A stretch of 63,996 bases of DNA, filler included, from Atractiella rhizophila (Eukaryota), in NCBI GenBank assembly GCA_021432655.1. It is 4 parts of 4 records of this genome, joined end to end, with 100 filler letters (N's around TTAATTAATTAA, not from the genome) between each part and the next. Parts side by side here need not be neighbours in the genome. Positions count along the whole stretch, not along the records: positions 47,383 to 60,865 come from MU271854.1; positions 60,966 to 63,996 come from MU271911.1; 2 more parts are not named here. The stretch is one strand, 5' to 3'. Below, piece by piece: positions 49,950 through 63,591 of the stretch. The notes beneath the pieces are model-generated. The model was not told the DNA's origin, did no database searches, and worked only from the letters and a program-made list of their open reading frames with translations. The position numbers were made by a program, and so were the translations under genes. Position 1 is the stretch's first letter. Every line of letters begins with the position of its first letter.

Positions 49950-51900
49950 GGACACATGCGGTGCTCCAACGTCATGACTACGCAAGTGTCTGAAGCTCTC
50001 GCTCAACATGGAGAGGGACGGGTGGCCTATGAAACAGTTGGAGATGTAGGAGAGGACCGAGAAGCGGTAGAGGGAGTAGCGGAGGGAGCAGTGGGAGAAA
50101 GAGGCGAAGGCGGCAGCGGAGAGGAAGCGGGAGGAGGCGGAGCAGGTGTGCGGTGCGCCACAGGAGGAGAGGGGAGTCTGTCGACAGTGGAAGGGGGAAA
50201 AGTGCCCGGAGAAGGAGCGTCAGCGAGTCCCTTGCCACACCCAATGTCATCCGCACATATTCGTATTTGTCTCGGTCTATTTAAAGTAACGGACCTTCTG
50301 AAAATAGAAGCAAGGCGAGATAGGTCGAGAGTAGACGCTTCAGGCAGAAATAAGTTGTGAAAAAGGGTACGAATGGCATAACCGTTGTCCATACCCCGAC
50401 GAAGTATTGCATGTAGGATTGGTCGCGTTTTATGTGGCAAGGTTGGGGGACCGACGGAGGAGGTTTTAAGTATTTGTAGAAGAAGGGGTGGTTGGAGAAG
50501 GAGCAGGAGGAGAGGGTTAAGTGGCAGGAGAGTGAGCGGTTGTTGGTGAAGTTGTTACGGAAGAGACGGATGGCGCTGGAGGTCGTAGAGAAACAGGTTA
50601 TGCGACCGCGTATACTGCCTTTGGAACTGGGCTTGCGACAGCAACCTCAGCGGCCTGGCGACTACTGCAAGAACTTTCTCAAGCTCACGCGAAAGAAAGA
50701 AATAAATAATAAACACGCTCTTATTACTCCAACCACGGTCGCTGAAGGTCGCGGACAAATCCTAGCCTGTGTAGGAGACCTACCAGATGGAGGAAGAGGA
50801 AAGAGAGCAAGCAGGGAAAAGGAAGGTAGATGGTGAGAGAGCTGAATGTTGTTCGTGGGCAATAGTGTCTAGATGGAGGGGGAGCGGAAGAGGATGTAGG
50901 CGTACGAGTCTGTGGTTTAGGCTTGGTATTTCAGGAGGATGAGGGTGGGGGAGAAGTTTGCGGGCGGTTTAGTCCAGACTTGCGTCGCCAAAGCCCACCC
51001 TACCATTTCTGCGTGATGCTCTCGTACGTGGTGGTGTAGCAGAGGTGAGGAGCGCAGTAGAGAGGGAGGCCGTAGCAGCTCGCGCTTCGACCGCACGTCT
51101 AGGTCTGGTAGGTAGACGGGGGTTGAGTCTGAGTTGTCGTTGCGCTCCTTCTAGTCGAACCTGGTGGTGGCGGCTGACCCTGCCCTCTTTTCTCACCTAA
51201 GCCCAAACCTAAAAAACCTCCTTGCCCGCCCTCATCCTTCTAACCCAGCCGCCTATGCCCACCCTCGCTCTTCTCTTCCCACCAACTCTCGATATTATCA
51301 AACTAGCGGTCAACACGCCGATATCAAGAGCGAGAGTGTGAGATGCACCGGGTCTGGGCACGCAGAAGAGGATATGGAGGTAAAACCGAAGACGCCGGGG
51401 AGGAGATCCGATTGGAGATCTTACATGGGATCACACCTATTGCCAGCTGCAGGTCAGCCAGTAAGCTGTGTTTCCAGGCGAGGTTCATTTGCTGCAGCCG
51501 AGGGAGATGCAAATGCGGTAGGACCCACCTCGTCGGGTGCAAGAGTAGGAGTAGGCGAGGGAAGCGAGAGGTGGGAGGTGTGCCAGGTTGGTGACGGTTG
51601 TGGTTGTGTGCCGCCCCATGCGCTTGCTCCCCCTTACGCCTCAGGTTGCCCCTACATAACTCGTCCTCGAAGGACCGAGGGTGTCGCCTCGTGAAGTTGG
51701 TTGTGTAGAGGGAAGGACCAGCGCCTGATCGCGTCCTGCTTCTACCTGCTGGCAACTGAGGCTGCTCCTCGGTGTGAGTCTCAATACAGGTCTCCAAACT
51801 CCGCAGGCGAGAGAAACCTGGCTCCCTTGAACCCGGATACCAGTGGAAACGTTTGGGATAATCTGGCCTAAAAAGCAACCGTCTCTGCCCTATAGTGTGC
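49950..51900 (-). pseudogene. Decayed coding-like region of unknown origin (gene or transposon relic)
   Basis: Pro/Ser/Thr-rich frames interrupted by TAA/TAG; no recognisable domain. Confidence 0.35.
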
Positions 51901-53477
51901 ATATTCGCGCTGTTCACTTTTCAAATCTGTGGCGAAGAAGTAAACAGAAATAAGATTCGGACTATTCATGGATATTCGTCATTCGATTCAGTTATAGTTT
52001 GGATGTTTGTTCTGTCGGATTCTGTCCCATTGTGTCTTCTCAACATGGACGGTCCTGTCATGATTTTCTTTCGCTTTTCGTTTTTGAGAATCTCACCCTT
52101 CGTTTTCCTGTGCTGTAAAGCTCAATGATCGACATCCATCATTTCAACGCTCCACGCTCCTCTTTCAATCTTCGCACAACAGACTGTGCTGCTGCGAGCG
52201 ACTTGCCTCTTTTCGGAAAGGAGCAAGAGGACGGCTAGAGTATCAAATTGAATCTGAGATGAAGAAGGGGGCCGTCGCCCAGGTTGCCATGATGAACGGG
52301 AACCGTGACAGTAGAATAGCGGATTACCACTCGTTTCTGTCATACGTATGCAAATCATAGACGAGCAGTCAAGACATCATCAGGGCAAGGAAGGTTGAGA
52401 GGATGATCGCCGCCGTTCCATTCGATCGAGGTACGTTACAGCTGACAGCTGCGCGACGCGGTAATAGGCAGCGCGAAGTCATGGATATTTTGGATCGGGT
52501 AGGGCGAGCCGTGGACCGTGGGTGGTTTGATGGAGCTGAGGAAGAACTCTGTGAGGGAGAAATAATGCTTGTTTATGGTCTAGTCGTGTTGTGGCAATGT
52601 ACACAGTGGATTCGACAAGAATTCGACGAGCCTGACTCCAGCAATGTAGAATGGACCATCACATTGAAATATTGGATATTTACCGTTGGTCGAAGCCATT
52701 ATTTGAGATTATGGAGCTAGTCGTGCATTGATGCTGACAAAGCGATATCGTTGTTGAGATGATGTACTTCCTCTGGCTCTCTGCGTATTCCAGGGAGCCA
52801 AAGGACTCCAAGTCTTTGAAGCGTCACCGGAATGTACCGCGCTTGTAACTCAGAGCAGAGCGCGAAAATATAACGCGTACCTTTTCCTTGTCGTTAGATT
52901 GCTGTCTGCCAGTGCCGATGCTTAAATATGTCAGAGCACTCGGTAGATCAGGCATTGTATTTATATTTCTCACAGTCTATAAATGTTGTTATTGACAGCA
53001 GCACCTTGTTCTAGTCGACCACCAGTGACACGACGAACGTTGTCGTCGTGGAGCAGTGTTTGGCTCAACATTTAGTAGGTACTCAAAGTGCAAGTCGGTT
53101 GGTTGCCGATGCTTCGTTTTGCCGATCTGGGAGCCCTAGGATGAAGAACAAGCCAGACTTTTATCAGGCCACTAGATGGAGATGGATGTTCTGAATATTG
53201 GGCATGGAAGCTTTTGATTTTTGATTTGTGTATTTGATGAGTTACTAATGTTCCTCCCGTCTCTCTCATCTAATGGAGTATTCTTCTGAAACCTTGTCTT
53301 GCTCTGCTCTTCTCGATTGATGTGAAATTGCTGTTGTTTATTTCGGAGCCGTCTTGTACGTACGTATCCGATCGATCATTAAACATCTTAAACCCCATTT
53401 GTGCTGACTTTGTGCTCAGTCTCGATATCTTGATAGAATTATATCCAAACCAGCCGCACAAAGTGGCAGTAACCAGC

Positions 53478-56400
53478 ATGAAGGCCTTCTTTCGTTCCTC
53501 CTCCTCTCCCTCATCCCTCCCTTCAGCCGAGCCATCTCACCCTAGTCAATCTCAGCCAACTCCTTCCATCGCCCAGCTGGTCGAAGAAGAGTCCGCCTCC
53601 GAGGACGAGGGACTCCCTCCCCCAGGCGCGGAAGGTGCCAAACACGTGCGCTCGCGGTCGTCGCTCTCTTCCAGCTCCACGCTCGAGATTCCAGGACAAG
53701 ACAGACACGGCAGATTGTACCATGCTCCGTCCAGCGACTCGTTGGTCGGAAGAAGCGAAGGGGCAGGCAGCAATGGCGCCGGCGGTGGGATGCTGGGTGG
53801 GTTTGCGATACCCAAGATCGGTCGGATAGGCAGCTCCACCTCGTTACGCTCCAACGCGTCCGCAACCACCACCGGCTCGTCGTCGAGTTTCGGGTTCGGC
53901 AAGTTCTCTCCATCGTTCACTGGTGCTAAGCTGCCCGGTGGTGCTGGCGGGGGAGCGAAAGCAAAGTCGTCCGCCTCCGCCTCCGCCTCCGCCCTCTCCC
54001 TCCTCTCCCTCTCTGCTCTCTCTCCCCTCTCCCCCACAGCCTCAGACGGCCTCCCGTCACCTACTCAGTCCAAATCTACCCTCCTATCCTCGCTCAAGGG
54101 TCTCGCACCCGAAAAATACCTCGCTTCCCTCTCAGCCCATCCAGTGTCCGTCCGCATCGTCAATCGCACCGGATGTGAGATCAGGTGGGGGAAGTGGCCT
54201 GTTAGGGATAGACGGCATGGCAAGAGTAGGGTCGACATTGGAGGTGTGAAGGGAGAGTGGTGGGAGGATATCTGTAAGGGTCTCAATTGTATGACCGTCG
54301 ATGAGTATGGCAAGGAGGAATTGGAGGTCGCGAAGATGAAGGGTGTCGGGTTGACCGGCGATGGGATGTTGGGTGGGAAGAAGGCTCATTTTGGGTAAGT
54401 CGTTTGCTTTCGATTGTTATGGGAGAACATGAGGAAGGCAGAATATCATCCATGTCTGGCACTGCTATTTGGAATAGTGGTGTCTCATCAACCACTTAAG
54501 GTGGTTGGTCTGTCCTTACTGTTTATGTTTCGAGCTCTGCAGTAGGTGAATGAATAGAGTTGATGGCAGAAAGGCTTGCATTACTCGTATTTCACCCCAT
54601 GGGAAGTGCCTCTACTTGCACCCACCTTATCAAACCTCTCCCAGCGAACATATGCATGATAGTTGGGTAGAACATTTGTCGCATGGGGAGAACACGTTTG
54701 AATGAAATCTTGTGGAATCAATATCATTGGCAATTATGAAGCCCTGACGTTTCCCCAAGAAGGTAAAGTTGTGACGCAAGAGCTAAGAGAGACTGATGGA
54801 TATTATGTTGTCAAAATTGTTTCTTGGACAAGTAGTCTGTATTGTTCATGTTGGAGGACTTCATCATCCATCAGTCATAGTAATATAACAGAATCAGGTT
54901 TAACCCATTTTGGCCCCCGCTAACATCGACCTATTAGATGGTTGTATCTCGATTTAGTGCTTCCCAGTGGACGACTGCTCCATTTTCAAATATACCTTCG
55001 CTTACGACGACCCAGTCCTATAACCCCATCGCCAGTGCACACCGCTTCCATCGGTCGTTTTGACCTCGATTCCACGATGGAGAACCCGCAATCTTCAGGG
55101 TATTTTGATCACGCACTTTTGCTTGCAAAGGACAGCTCGGATGAAGAGCTGAAGGTGGTCTTCGTGTTGGAAGAGGGTTTGGGCAGTGAGCGTAATCGAG
55201 TAAACGATGAGACGATGCGCCAAAGCTTGTTGGTCCCTGCAAAAGGAGTGAGGATTTCGAGCTGGTGCAGTCATAAAAAGGGGACCATTAGCGTTTCAGC
55301 TGCGTGAGTTTACCACCTCACTGGTATATGAAGCTCAAAGAACAATCAGAAAGGAAGCACGATACCATGAGTACGATTTGTGGACAAGTGCTCGGAACCC
55401 TAACCTAGGTATGCATGTTTCTGTCATTTGCTTCCGAGCTAAAGGACGATACAGGCGTCATTGTGCATTCGAAACATGTCCTCGAGGGATTTTTGGATAG
55501 CAAGCATATTTGGATACATGTTCAACACGATGGGGACCATGTCATGGCAGGTTCGCACATCCTAGTCATGCCTCTACCGACAACTAAGTTATCCCTCTTG
55601 AAGATTATGTTAAAGTCAATCCTTTAACGTAGGAGTTTTCTTGGATGCCATAACGTGGCGCTGATCAAATACAGTGGTCAAGCGTAAGCGATTTCATGGC
55701 GAAGAACAGAATGTAACAAGGAGTGAAGGTCGACCAAAGGACAACTTGCGTCAACGCTCGAAACGCCTGCGAAGATCTTGCGTGAGATCGACATGAGCAT
55801 CAACTACGGATTCTCAGATGCTGGAGTGAAGAAGAGCAACCAGGTGCGAGCTTTTGTGGTTCTCAGACGCAAAAGTGACGGCAAAAAGGTATATGTATAT
55901 GTCACGCACTTTCGAGGCAATTGGCTCGCACAGCTCATCCAAGATGATCCCAAGTGCGTCCCCTTCAAATCGTCCGCTGCGATCGTTAATGAGAGTGAAG
56001 TTGGCTCAAAGTGCCTTTCTGCAAATTAGCTCTCCCTGGTTCTCACGACTGCGGAATGTTTACCAAGTGTGCCCAATTTCTCCAATCATTTTTACGCTTA
56101 TTCTGGCAATAGGCTCGATGGTGGACTGTACAATTTCATAAAGCACGGCTCCAATTCATTGGTCAAAACTGCAGCAAAGGAAGCTGCCAATGAGCAAGAA
56201 AATCGAACAGGTGATCTGTTACCGTTAGTACAATTCTTGATGGGCAGTCTCAAGCTCTTCAATATCGAGCCGCACCGTGTGAGTCTTGTTTTCAGGCAAG
56301 AAGTCACAAGTTGAATGGAGTACCAGGCTATCCACAATATGGCGTAAGCCCTGCCTCTTCTTTTCTTGAAGCCGCTAAATCAGCTTTGATTTGTCAGAAA

Positions 56401-57775
56401 TACGTGCGTGAGCGCTTAATAACTACTTGCGATGCACTAACTATTATTGTTCCAGCCAAAAGGACTCGATAAAGACACAGCTGGAGCTCGGGGTAAGGTT
56501 CTTCGACATGCGCCGTATTCTTTCTCCTTACCCACAACTTGCCTAAGCTAAGGATGTAACTTAGCTGGTTGGTGTTTCTATGACTGCTACGACAACCAGA
56601 AGACAGTGCTTCATCATCAACACTCCATTGTACCAGGCGTCCATTACGTTCAATTCCTGGTCGATATTTTCAACTTTCTGGGTGCTTATGAGCAGGAGAT
56701 TGTTTTAGTCGAGGTATGAGCCCCCTTTGACGATTCGAATCTAGCTAAGTGGGTGTCACAGTTAAAAGATGACAGTGTGTACCTGCCCTTCGCGATACAA
56801 CTTCTGACAAGCATTAGACATCATCAAGAAAGGCAATTTGATTCCTATTTCGATGGTTCCTACCGTTGATGAACTCGAACGAGCAATGGAGGAAGCGAGG
56901 CTATCGGTCGCAGCCTCCGCACGCGCTATCAAACTTGCATCGAAAGAAGACTTGGCACGACCGATCGGGGAACTGATCAAGGAGAACAAACGGCTTTTCT
57001 TCTTCGATAGAGTACACGAAGAGGAACCGTGGCAGAGGGCTGACAGCTACGGTGCGCCTCACGTTGTCCCCACGTCCCTCATGTATTGACTCATTATCAT
57101 GCATAGATGGAAAGGCTTACAACACTTTCAAACCTGAGCCTATCTTAGAGCGGTTGAAGGAGACGCACGCCCGATTTTCGAAATTGACGGAAGAGGATGC
57201 AACGTCGCCCACAAAACCTCCAAGGGGGACAATTTATCAATTGTGAGTTTCCCCACCGGCTTGATTTTTTTCCTGATTCTTTGAGTAGACAAGGTATCCC
57301 GCTCTGTCCTCTTCCAATTCTCCAGAACTTACGCACATACTATCGTCAGCAACGCCGACTGCGGACATTGGGGCTGACATTGCTGCTTCGCTCACGTACT
57401 CAGATGCCTCGTCGCTGCTCGTCTACATGAAGGTTCGTCTCTTGAGAAAGTTGCAAGGAACAGATCGTAACAGGACAAATTTTTAGGCAGTGATGGATCG
57501 AGAAACTTACAGCTGGATTGGCAACCACGACTTCGATGATCCTGGTACGATTCCCTTTACATCGTCGTTGGCAGCGTCTCGTAATGTTGTTATGCGTACC
57601 AGGCAATCCTGTGTTCCTGAATGATTTTGTCGACGGAGCGTTGGTCGAGCACTGCATAGAAGTCTCCAAACAGAGAGCAACAAAGCATCTCAACATCCTC
57701 GAACAAACAGAAGAAGAGGTAGCAGAGGAACGGGAGCACATGCCTCATATCGAAAGTATCAACATCGAAGGGTGA
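53478..57775 (+). CDS. PLC-like phosphodiesterase (PI-PLC X-type TIM barrel) with long low-complexity N-terminus, many exons
   Basis: FLGCHN, ANTQKDSIKTQLELGVRFFDMRP, HHQHSIVPG, EQEIVLVELK, VFLNDFVDG. Confidence 0.8.
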
Positions 57776-58596
57776 TGGATCATTGGTTTTTTGGGTGTCG
57801 TGTCTCATTATTACAGGAAATGCTAAAATAGGACAAGGATCAAAGGTGCATTTGTACTTTTATCAATCCGCCTTGTTGGACAATCTCAAGTTGGTTCCGT
57901 GCCTTGCCTTTTTGGGGACCATCTCCACGCGACGATCGCTCGTGCGGCCATGCCTGCGTATTAATCTACCTCGATCAGATCTACTATACTTATTAGGTCG
58001 ATTGTGGATCACGAAGTTGACCCAGAGAGTAAAATTTCCAGAGTATAATTTTTGAAGCCATTAGTAACCACAAGGACTCGTTTCAGCTGCTGTTTATTAG
58101 CTACTTAGCTTGTTGAAGCCTCCGGGCTTCGACTAAAGGTCCATTGGTCGCCAGAAGGCCATTCTGATGAACATGCTGCAGAAACTTGTAACGCTGAGTT
58201 GAGCAAAACGATCAATTTCAATATTGAGCTTGAAGCACGATTGTGAAGCACAAAGACTGAGTGTAGGCAACAAGGCCGCGAGCAGCCTAGAAGAAAAGGC
58301 GCGGCTTTAATTCGTTAAGGTCGTGAGTAAACGATGAGGTAATGAGGATGCAACTGGATGGATATGACGGTGTAGACGTTGAAATTTTGAAACTTATCAA
58401 AGTTCCCACAGAACAATAGAACTGAACCAAACTGCAGCAGAAGGACGAGAAGAAACCAGAATACAGAACCCTTTGAATCGTCTTTGATAAATGGACTTGG
58501 GTATTTTTCGCAGTTTAATGCAAAGCAACTTGGCAAACATCAGCCAGCTAGGGGTATTGATAGAAATGGAGGTAGACGAGGCAGACAAGAAACCGA

Positions 58597-59906
58597 TTAT
58601 GATCTGCCCGTGACCTCTTTGAGTCTCTTGATCCACTCCTTGACCTGCTCTCCTCCCTCCATCTCGAAGAACCACTCGTCCTCCTTCCTGGTCAGCTCTG
58701 TGCCTGTTCGGTGCAAGGCTAGCCCTGTGACCTTAAGCACGATCGTCACCCTCTTTTCGAGCCTTGTGCTCGCCCCCGGGTAATCTTCGCACACGCAAAT
58801 GACGGACGAAGGCAGGATTTGGAGGCGTTCGAGTTCCGGCGAGGTGGGGGAATTGGACTTGTAGACATGTAGATGGGGAATGAGTACAGGAGGTTGGCTC
58901 GTCGACGGGGGGGAGGGGAGGTGGAGCAGAGTGATAGAGATGTGCCGTGGCTTCCACAGTCGGGATTTCTGTTTGAGGAAGGATGTGGAGGAAGGATGGT
59001 ATTTGATTGCTGTGTCGGAGAATCTATTGCCTGGTGTCAGCACCGGTACCAAACAGGCAACAAGACAACACACATCTCCTCGCCGCCCATCCGCTCCTTC
59101 TCGGTGCCTAAGTCTCCTAAATACTTGGCGATCCTGCCAGCGTCAGGAGCTGCGGACATATGTAAGGAATCGAGGAGGGTGCCCTCGACGGAGAGACTCC
59201 TCTTGGTCTTATGCATGTCCATCTGGGCGTAGACTCGCACGTTCCTCTGCTCTATCATCCGCTTCCTTCGCTCCATCTCGTCCTCCAAGATCAGGGCCTG
59301 GATGTTCGGCAGACTGACGGGCATGCTGGACATGCTCGCATGACTCCGTAGACTGTGACTGCGCTCGAGACCTGACTGGACCGAGGTCCGGTTTGGAGGA
59401 ATCTGTCCCTTGGAAGGGGAAGGAGGAGATGGATAGCGTGCGAGAGGAGGACTTTGGCTCCTGGTTGACGTCGACGACGGCTGGGCGTTGCCGTTATCGT
59501 AATTGTTGTAATTGTTCAAGGCCATCAGCCGCCGACGCTCGAGGTCGTGGATGACGGAATCTCGTCCCGAGTCGTAAGAATTCCAGGACCCGTTCTCAGA
59601 GGACAAAGAACCTGAGATTGAGGGACGGGATCTCATGTTGGTGGAAGAAGTCGACCGCCGAAGCCTTCGATCGTCCTCCTCCTCCACTTCTTCTGGGATC
59701 TCAGCGATCGGTAGTTTCGAGGGCGGGAACGAGGTCGGCGGTCGCTCTTGAGCAGGCAGGGTGGTGGACCTCCCCCTAGGTTGGTAGGAGGGCCGCGCGT
59801 AGGACGACTTTGGCGGTGGGAAGAGGAGCATGTCGTGCGTGTCAGTTGTGCCGAAGTCGAGGAACGATTGGCGGAGATGTTGCGATGAACTTTTGGAGGA
59901 CGACAT
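58597..59906 (-). CDS. Ser/Pro-rich protein with C-terminal PH-like domain (2 exons)
   Basis: MSSSKSS.. ORF joined by an intron (gtgtgt..aatag) to RLWKPRHISI..HLHVYKS..VLKV..WFFEMEGGEQVKEWIKRLKE. Confidence 0.7.
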
Positions 59907-60865
59907 TTTATCCCCAGCTTTTCTGTGCTGCTTGATCTGATCTCTAGATGACCCCGCCAAAAACGAAAAAGAAATGACCTTGTTGTCTGGAGCGTCGAAT
60001 AAATCCTCCCCATCGATCCAACAGCATCCTCGGCCGAGATAGTTCTGTCCTCATGTATTCGGATGACGCTCGCAAGTGTCCTTCCATGCCTTTCCGAAGT
60101 CTACTCAGGACGACCCCATTCAAGGTCAATGTATTTCTCCCGACCTACGCGGCTGCTTCCTCGCGCCGACTACATCCTCCGCCAGTCCACGCACCGCGAA
60201 AGAGCTGCCAATTGAGCTGATCGTATATATTCTAGTTCTTTCAGCATCAACCGTGCTATGCAAGGTCTAGTGGTTCCCATTGACGACTTGGAGTACTGGA
60301 AATAAGTGGAAGTCGCAATGCATTGCTCTGAAGGAGTAGCCGATGTCCCAACTCCATCCTCCTGAATCAATAATTCCTGCCAACCCCTTCCAATTCCTGT
60401 CACGCATTAATAGCACACATTCATCGCATTCACCAGAACATTCAATCCCCATCACCCAAACTGACTGATAGGACCGATCACGGGAGGAGCGGGGGTTCTC
60501 TCCTACTCCGCTCAAACTCGGACCGAAGAAATCCGAGGAGAGAATCATTCCAGCCTGCGAGAACCGTCAACACTTTCATTGCTGTTTCTGACCTCCGTTG
60601 GCTTTCCTAGATCCACTGCTGATTGCATTGGTGTGGGTGCCTGCGTGCCTACGTTTATTGACTGCACTGGTGAGACGGTGTACTGTAATTTATGAGCTCA
60701 TCCACTTCTCCTCCGTACAGTCAAGATGCGCTCATTTCGGGGAGAGAATCGGGACGTCGAAGTGGGCTGGGAGGACGCTCAGCTCATCTCCAACCAATCG
60801 CTGTCACCATGTCAGTCTCAGAGCCTCAAACGAGTGACAAGTCAAGGTAGGGTTAAGTGGATCCT

Positions 60866-60965
60866 NNNNNNNNNNNNNNNNNNNNNNNNNNNNNNNNNNN
60901 NNNNNNNNNTTAATTAATTAANNNNNNNNNNNNNNNNNNNNNNNNNNNNNNNNNNNNNNNNNNNN
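60866..60965. other. Artificial contig-joining linker
   Basis: N44-TTAATTAATTAA-N44. Confidence 0.97.
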
Positions 60966-63013
60966 TGACATCGTTCCAAAAAAGGAGGCATCGGAGGCCA
61001 TCAACGAATTCGCGTCTAAATGGGAAAGAGAAGGATGATTTCCAGTTCGCGGACAGTGATTCAGACATAGATTTTGGAGAAGGCGGTGAGGTGGAATTTG
61101 ATGAAAAGGGAAGAAATATACCATCTGACGAGGAAGAGGATGAAGAGGAATACCCAGAGTGGAAGAAGGACCTCGCATCAAAAGCGTCTGATTACTTCTC
61201 TCAGTCACTCAAAGATCAGCCCAAGGACATCACCCGATTGTTGTACGAGACCGATCTTGACGCTCGACGTATACGTGGAGGCGGTGTTGTGCAGGAACAG
61301 GAAGACGAGGATGATGATGATGAACTTTTCAAGCGCGTCAAAGAGGTAGATGAAGACGAAGAGGAGGACCGTTTTCGAGCCTTGCCGAATGACGAGGAGT
61401 TGAGAGCTCTAGAACAAGACCTTGATTCGTTTCGTTATCTTTTTATCACTGGAGAAGAAGCGGCGGAAGAGGAAGGAGCAGAGAAATTCGGGGATTTCGA
61501 AGACTTAGAGAAAGATGGAACAGAAGGGGAGCAGAAGGACGAGGAGGCGAAGAAGAAAGAAGAGCTGGAACAAAAGAAGAAAATGCTGAAGCGGAAATTC
61601 GATCGCGAATACGATGGCTCGTCTGACTCGGAGGGAGATGGAGAAGGGAAGAAAGATTTCTTCACGACTGCGAAGGAGGAGATCTCGCGGCGTCTTGAAG
61701 CGAACCGCGATGCTTTCAAGGATTTAGATCCAACGGCTCGAGCCGAATTAGAAGGATATCGTCCAGGAACTTACGTGCGAATCGAACTTTCAAACGTTCC
61801 CGCCGAACTGGTGGAGCAATTTGATCCTCGATTCCCTCTCATCGTCGGCGGTCTCCTAGCACACGAGGAAAGTTTCGATTACGTCAAGATTCGAATAAAG
61901 AAGCATCGTTGGTATCCCAAGATTTTGAAGACAAACGACCCTCTCATCCTCTCTGTTGGCTGGCGACGATTTCAAGTCACTCCCATCTACTCCCTCGACG
62001 ATGGAACGCATCATCGGATGCTCAAATACACACCTGAGCACATGCACTGTCTCGCTACCTTTTACGGGCCTGTCAGCGGACCGAACACTGGAGTTTGCGC
62101 CTTCACCTCTCTCTCTGGCTCGTCATCGTCCTTTCGTATTGCGGCCACAGGTGTCGTCCTTGACTCAGACAGTGCACCGAAGATTGTCAAAAAGCTCAAG
62201 TTGACAGGAACAGCGTACAAGATCTTCAAGAACACAGCTTACATTAAAGATATGTTTACGTCGGCTCTCGAAGTCGCAAAGTTCGAAGGTGCCAACATTC
62301 GCACGGTGTCTGGCATTCGTGGGCAAGTCAAGAAAGCGTTGAAGAGTCCAGAAGGAGCATTCAGGGCTACATTTGAAGACAAGGTTCTAGCTAGCGACAT
62401 TATCTTCCTGCGAGCGTGGTATGGGATCAAACCCAGGCAGTATTATAATCCAGTGTCTTCGCTTCTGTTGGAGGATAAAGGAACTTGGAAAGGTATGCGG
62501 TTGACTGGAGAGGTCCGGCTTGAGCAAGGAAAGAAAGCTCCTGTGCCATTGAACTCCCAGTACCAGGTACGCTTTCCTCGCATGTCTGAAGTGAGGTCTG
62601 ATGTCTCACCCCTGGTTTAGAAAATTGAGCGTTCAAAGCGCAAGTTTAATCCTCTCCGAGTCCCACGCGCTCTGGAGTCTTCCCTTCCATTTGCCTCAAA
62701 GACGAAGAATGCGCGTCCACAGAAGGAACAGACGTATATGCAGAAGCGGGCCGTCGTGCTGCAACCGGAGGAGAAGAAGGCGCTGGTGATGATGCAACAG
62801 TTACGAGCCATTGAGAGACAGAAAGGGGAGAAGAGGAAGGAGAAGAAAGGTCTGGAGCGGGAGAGGTATGCGAAGAAGGTCGAGGATTCGACTGAGAGAA
62901 AGAGGGAGAGAGAGAGGGAAGCGAAGAGGGAGCTGTGGAAGGAGAAGGGATTGAAGGAGAAGAGGGACAAAGAGGCGGCTGGACGGCCAAAGAAAAGGAG
63001 AAAGACTTCATGA
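60966..63013 (+). CDS. BMS1: Ribosome biogenesis GTPase BMS1, 3' half
   Basis: [83 protein letters not shown]. Confidence 0.96.
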
Positions 63014-63591
63014 GCATTACTGTATTACGATTCCAGCCAAATGGCAATGCAGTTGCCACATTCAAGTTTGCATCCGAGTTACAAAGATACATGGCTTTCT
63101 CAATCTCTCTAATCCCAATCCATTGGCGAAAAAAATTATCGTTCCCACCGTCTATATCATTATTGGTATTCACAATACCCTCATTCAGATCTTCAGCAGA
63201 TCCATGCTTGGATGTTGTGAACCAGCAGGAAGGTTCAAGGTAAGGTTTCGATTGAAGGCGCTGCGCAATAAAGGTTTGAGTATGGCTTGTTATCTCCGAA
63301 CTCCGAACCATAAATGAATCCCGACACCGACAGGCCCCAACAGAGTTCCCAAATAAATCCAACGACGACGAAGGGCGTGACCATCAGCTCCAGCATCAGC
63401 CTTTGGTGTGCCTTGTCTCGTTTTTTGGGGGATATCACCAGCAAAGTTCCAGACACATCATCAAATCACGCTGTCACTTGCTTCCAACTGACATCGACGA
63501 CAGCTTCGCACAAACCAACACTCGCTCTTCAATCGCACCCTAACCATCATTGTTCATCTTTACTTACCAGACTCGCAACGTCCTGCCCATA

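Noticed and set aside
58124..58150. Possible H-type pseudoknot (GGGCT/GGTCC, CGACTA/TGGTCG)
   Set aside because: Short stems that depend on G-U pairs in intergenic DNA; expected by chance.
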